NCBI GenBank assembly: GCA_000708835.1
Contig: DF237139.1
Span: 90,606 to 154,605, forward strand
Source of the DNA: Klebsormidium nitens
Lineage: Eukaryota; Plantae; Klebsormidiophyceae
DNA length: 64,000 nucleotides
Direction of reading: 5' to 3'
Program-made: the position numbers and the translations under genes
The notes under the pieces: generated by a model
What the model was told of the DNA's origin: nothing
Seen by the model: only the letters and a program-made list of their open reading frames with translations
Database searches by the model: none
Shown: positions 61,597 to 64,000 of the stretch, piece after piece
Layout of the letters: every line of letters starts with the position of its first letter
How positions within the stretch are numbered: the first letter of the stretch is position 1

Positions 61597-62190
61597 GGGT
61601 CAGGAAACCCTAAATCCTGATGTGTAATGCATAGTTAGTCAGGAAACCCTGCAGCCTGACTATTGATTCATATTGAGTCAGGAAACCCTAAATTCTGATT
61701 GTGAATGCAACAGGGGTCAGGAAACCCTGAAGCCTGATGTGTAATGCATAGTTAGTCAGGAAACCCTGCAGCCTGACTAACGATGCATGTTGGGTCAGGA
61801 AACCCTCAATCCTAACCAACAATGCATATTGGGTCAGGAACCGCAAATCCTGACTCATGTATGCCACATGGGTCAGGAAACCCTAAATCCTGATGTGTAA
61901 TGCATAGTTAGTCAGGAAACCCTGCAGCCTGACTATTGATGCATATTGAGTCAGGAAACCCTAAATTCTGATTGTGAATGCAACAGGGGTCAGGAAACCC
62001 TGAAGCCTGATGTGTAATGCATAGTTAGTCAGGAAACCCTGCAGCCTGACTAACGATGCATGTTGGGTCAGGAAACCCTCAATCCTGACCAACAATGCAT
62101 ATTGGGTCAGGAACCGCAAATCCTGATTATGTATGCCACATGGGTCAGGCAACCCTAGATCCTGATGGGTAATGCATATATAGTCAGGGT
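61597..62190. repeat. 39-bp palindromic minisatellite, 16 units, with a 7-unit (273-bp) higher-order repeat
   Basis: tcagg recurs every 39 bp from 61600 to 62184 (one 38-bp step). Unit: gtcagg-aaaccct(aaat/gcag)-cctga(c/t) plus ~15 nt around atgcat. Units 1-7 are repeated as 8-14. Confidence 0.95.
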
Positions 62191-63236
62191 CCCTTGGTAA
62201 AACCACTAGGAGGAGGGAGGGGAGGACTATGAGGTTTTAGGGTTTTAGGGGACGATGCACATGTCGAACGTATGGTGACAATGCAACTATGTAAAAGCTC
62301 GGCAGACCGGATGGAGTCTCTTGCGCCTTCAAGCTGCGCCCCTGCACAACGCCATCTTCATGATGCACAATGGCCTAGAAATCTAGCAATTGCCTGGGAT
62401 TTGCTTGGCCCCAAGTGGCCCCAAGGGAGAGGATTTCCAATGATGCAATGGATGCACAGACTCGAGTCTAGTCTCCGTCTGGCCCTGACATCTGGACCTG
62501 TCTATATCAGAATGCTGCCCGCGTGCATCACGTGACTCATTGCCTGCTGGTTTCTGCTCCGTAGATCATATGAGTGCAGGCCTCTACTTCGTCGATAAGG
62601 CTGTGCGCGGACCGCGGCCTCTGCATGCTGGTGGGAACTTCAAAGACAGGCACTACGGTAGATGATGGTCTGATGGTGTACCGTCGTACTAATCAAACAT
62701 ACCGTATATGGCATGTGAGCTTACCTGCATGTAGTGTCGGATGCCAGGTAGCTCCTTGGCCCCTCAAACTTACATGTCGACCTCGTGGCCAAGTACTGAA
62801 GACAGGCTTGGGCCCAGGTGCAGAACCACAAGACTTGACCACATTGCATGCAATAGATTGAGAGGAATTGAGTGTGTTTTTTGCACTCTACGTCAGCTAG
62901 ATAAGCAATTGATTATGCTTCGATCTTCCTATATAATCATTGAACGATCGAGTACTTCAGGCACGTAACAAAATCGATACGTACAGACACGTATGTGATC
63001 GGATCAAGATTACATGCAAGATTATTGTAAGTTTACAACAGGTACGTCATGTTCCTTCACGTAGTTCCAATGCAAGTCGATCATGCAGAAGGTGCGTGTC
63101 TAGATGTTGTGCATATCATTGCAACATGCAATCAACCTTGACAGATCAAAAACTTCAAGACGATACAGGGCACCATAACCATCGCTGTCTTTTTCCATCC
63201 CCTATCCCAAATTCAAGATTCGCAGACTTTCTGCAT

Positions 63237-64000
63237 TTAGTCTGCTTTGCAGATTTCCAATCGAAATACAACGTCACCATGTTCGTCTATAAATTCTTTC
63301 ATCTTCTTCTTTGGTTTGTCAAAGAGTAGACTTTTATAGAACTCTTGCTCGAAGCTCGTGACTACACAGCAAATGAACTTCCAATCGCCAGTCTGCTGAT
63401 CTTGAAGGCAGAAGGCAAATTGGACAAGATCCAAATGACAACGTCGACTTTGTATTGCCCGTTCGGCCTCAAGATGCAAACAAAGACCCTTCTTCTTTTC
63501 TACAAATCCCGGCCCTTGGCACAACCGCAATTGCCAGCCAAACCAACCCACCGTCTTTGAAGCTGCTGTACAATTCCTTCCCGGACGGAAAGTGCCTATC
63601 ATCTCAAGGTGGGATCTCTTAACTATCCCGAAGCAAGGGGCGTCCGCAGGCCAGTCTCTCTCGTGCCCGTCGACATATGACCGCAGCTCCATGAGGTCGT
63701 GGACCGTTCCTTGAATCGACTGCGACTGCATTTCCGGAGCATCCCGCACCATCTCTAGGTACTTCCAACTCAGGCACTTAAACTCAATGTGCGTGGACAG
63801 CCTCGTCATCGCCTCCCGTCTCCCGTCCATCTCGTCGACGTTAGCCCTCACCCACCCAAGTATTGCGTCCACCACTAGTTCCTCGGAAACTGTCGGGAAC
63901 TTGTCCGACTGCAGCAATAGCTCCACCGTCTCCATCCCTAGTTCCACAAATTGCGGCGAGAACCAAGATTTCGGTACGTTCTCGAACGCCGTAAAGATGC
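63237..64000 (-). CDS. 3' part of a BTB/POZ-BACK protein with a MATH-like beta-rich C-terminus; gene starts beyond the right edge
   Basis: PQFVELGMETVELLLQSDKFPTVSEELVVDAILGWV matches the BACK pattern; C-terminal GWFGWQLRL..GLCLHL..DVVFRLEI. Confidence 0.75.
   Translation of the reverse strand, partial: IFTAFENVPKSWFSPQFVELGMETVELLLQSDKFPTVSEELVVDAILGWVRANVDEMDGRREAMTRLSTHIEFKCLSWKYLEMVRDAPEMQSQSIQGTVHDLMELRSYVDGHERDWPADAPCFGIVKRSHLEMIGTFRPGRNCTAASKTVGWFGWQLRLCQGPGFVEKKKGLCLHLEAERAIQSRRCHLDLVQFAFCLQDQQTGDWKFICCVVTSFEQEFYKSLLFDKPKKKMKEFIDEHGDVVFRLEICKAD

Noticed and set aside
61597-62190. CRISPR array call
   Set aside because: The linkers are only ~15 nt, resemble each other and recur in a 273-bp higher-order repeat; there are no cas genes and the context is eukaryotic.
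61961-62206. ORF with a 13-aa repeat (RLQGFLT..)
   Set aside because: By-product of the 39-bp period; units containing ccctaaat put TAG in this frame.

Overview
Eukaryotic, intron-rich genomic DNA. Plant-type proteins, GT-AG introns and interstitial TTTTAGGG repeats suggest a streptophyte green alga, Klebsormidium-like (inference). Genes reconstructed by hand from splice sites and reading phase, left to right: cytosolic glutamyl-tRNA synthetase (-, runs off the left edge), an unknown multi-exon gene built of ~2.1-kb repeated modules (+), ALKBH1-like dioxygenase (-), mitochondrial inner-membrane peptidase IMP1 (+), mitochondrial Hsp70 (-, two assembly gaps), a plant aldo-keto reductase (-), two tandem GDSL esterase/lipases (+) and a PARL-like rhomboid protease (-). 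From ~57 kb there is an accessory stretch: orphan ORFs, a C2H2-type zinc-finger gene, 38-bp and 39-bp tandem arrays, a putative HEPN-motif gene and the 3' part of a BTB-BACK gene. No rRNA, tRNA or true CRISPR was found. Best observations: (1) mtHsp70 has two intact, equal-length (186 nt), same-phase homologous lid-domain exons only 53 nt apart, a candidate mutually exclusive exon pair; (2) many introns hold decayed copies of the adjoining exon/intron junction, in one case amplified into a ~100-bp minisatellite; (3) an RNxxxH (HEPN-like) orphan gene lies directly next to a 16 x 39-bp hairpin/telo-box array bracketed by inverted telomere-like repeats.
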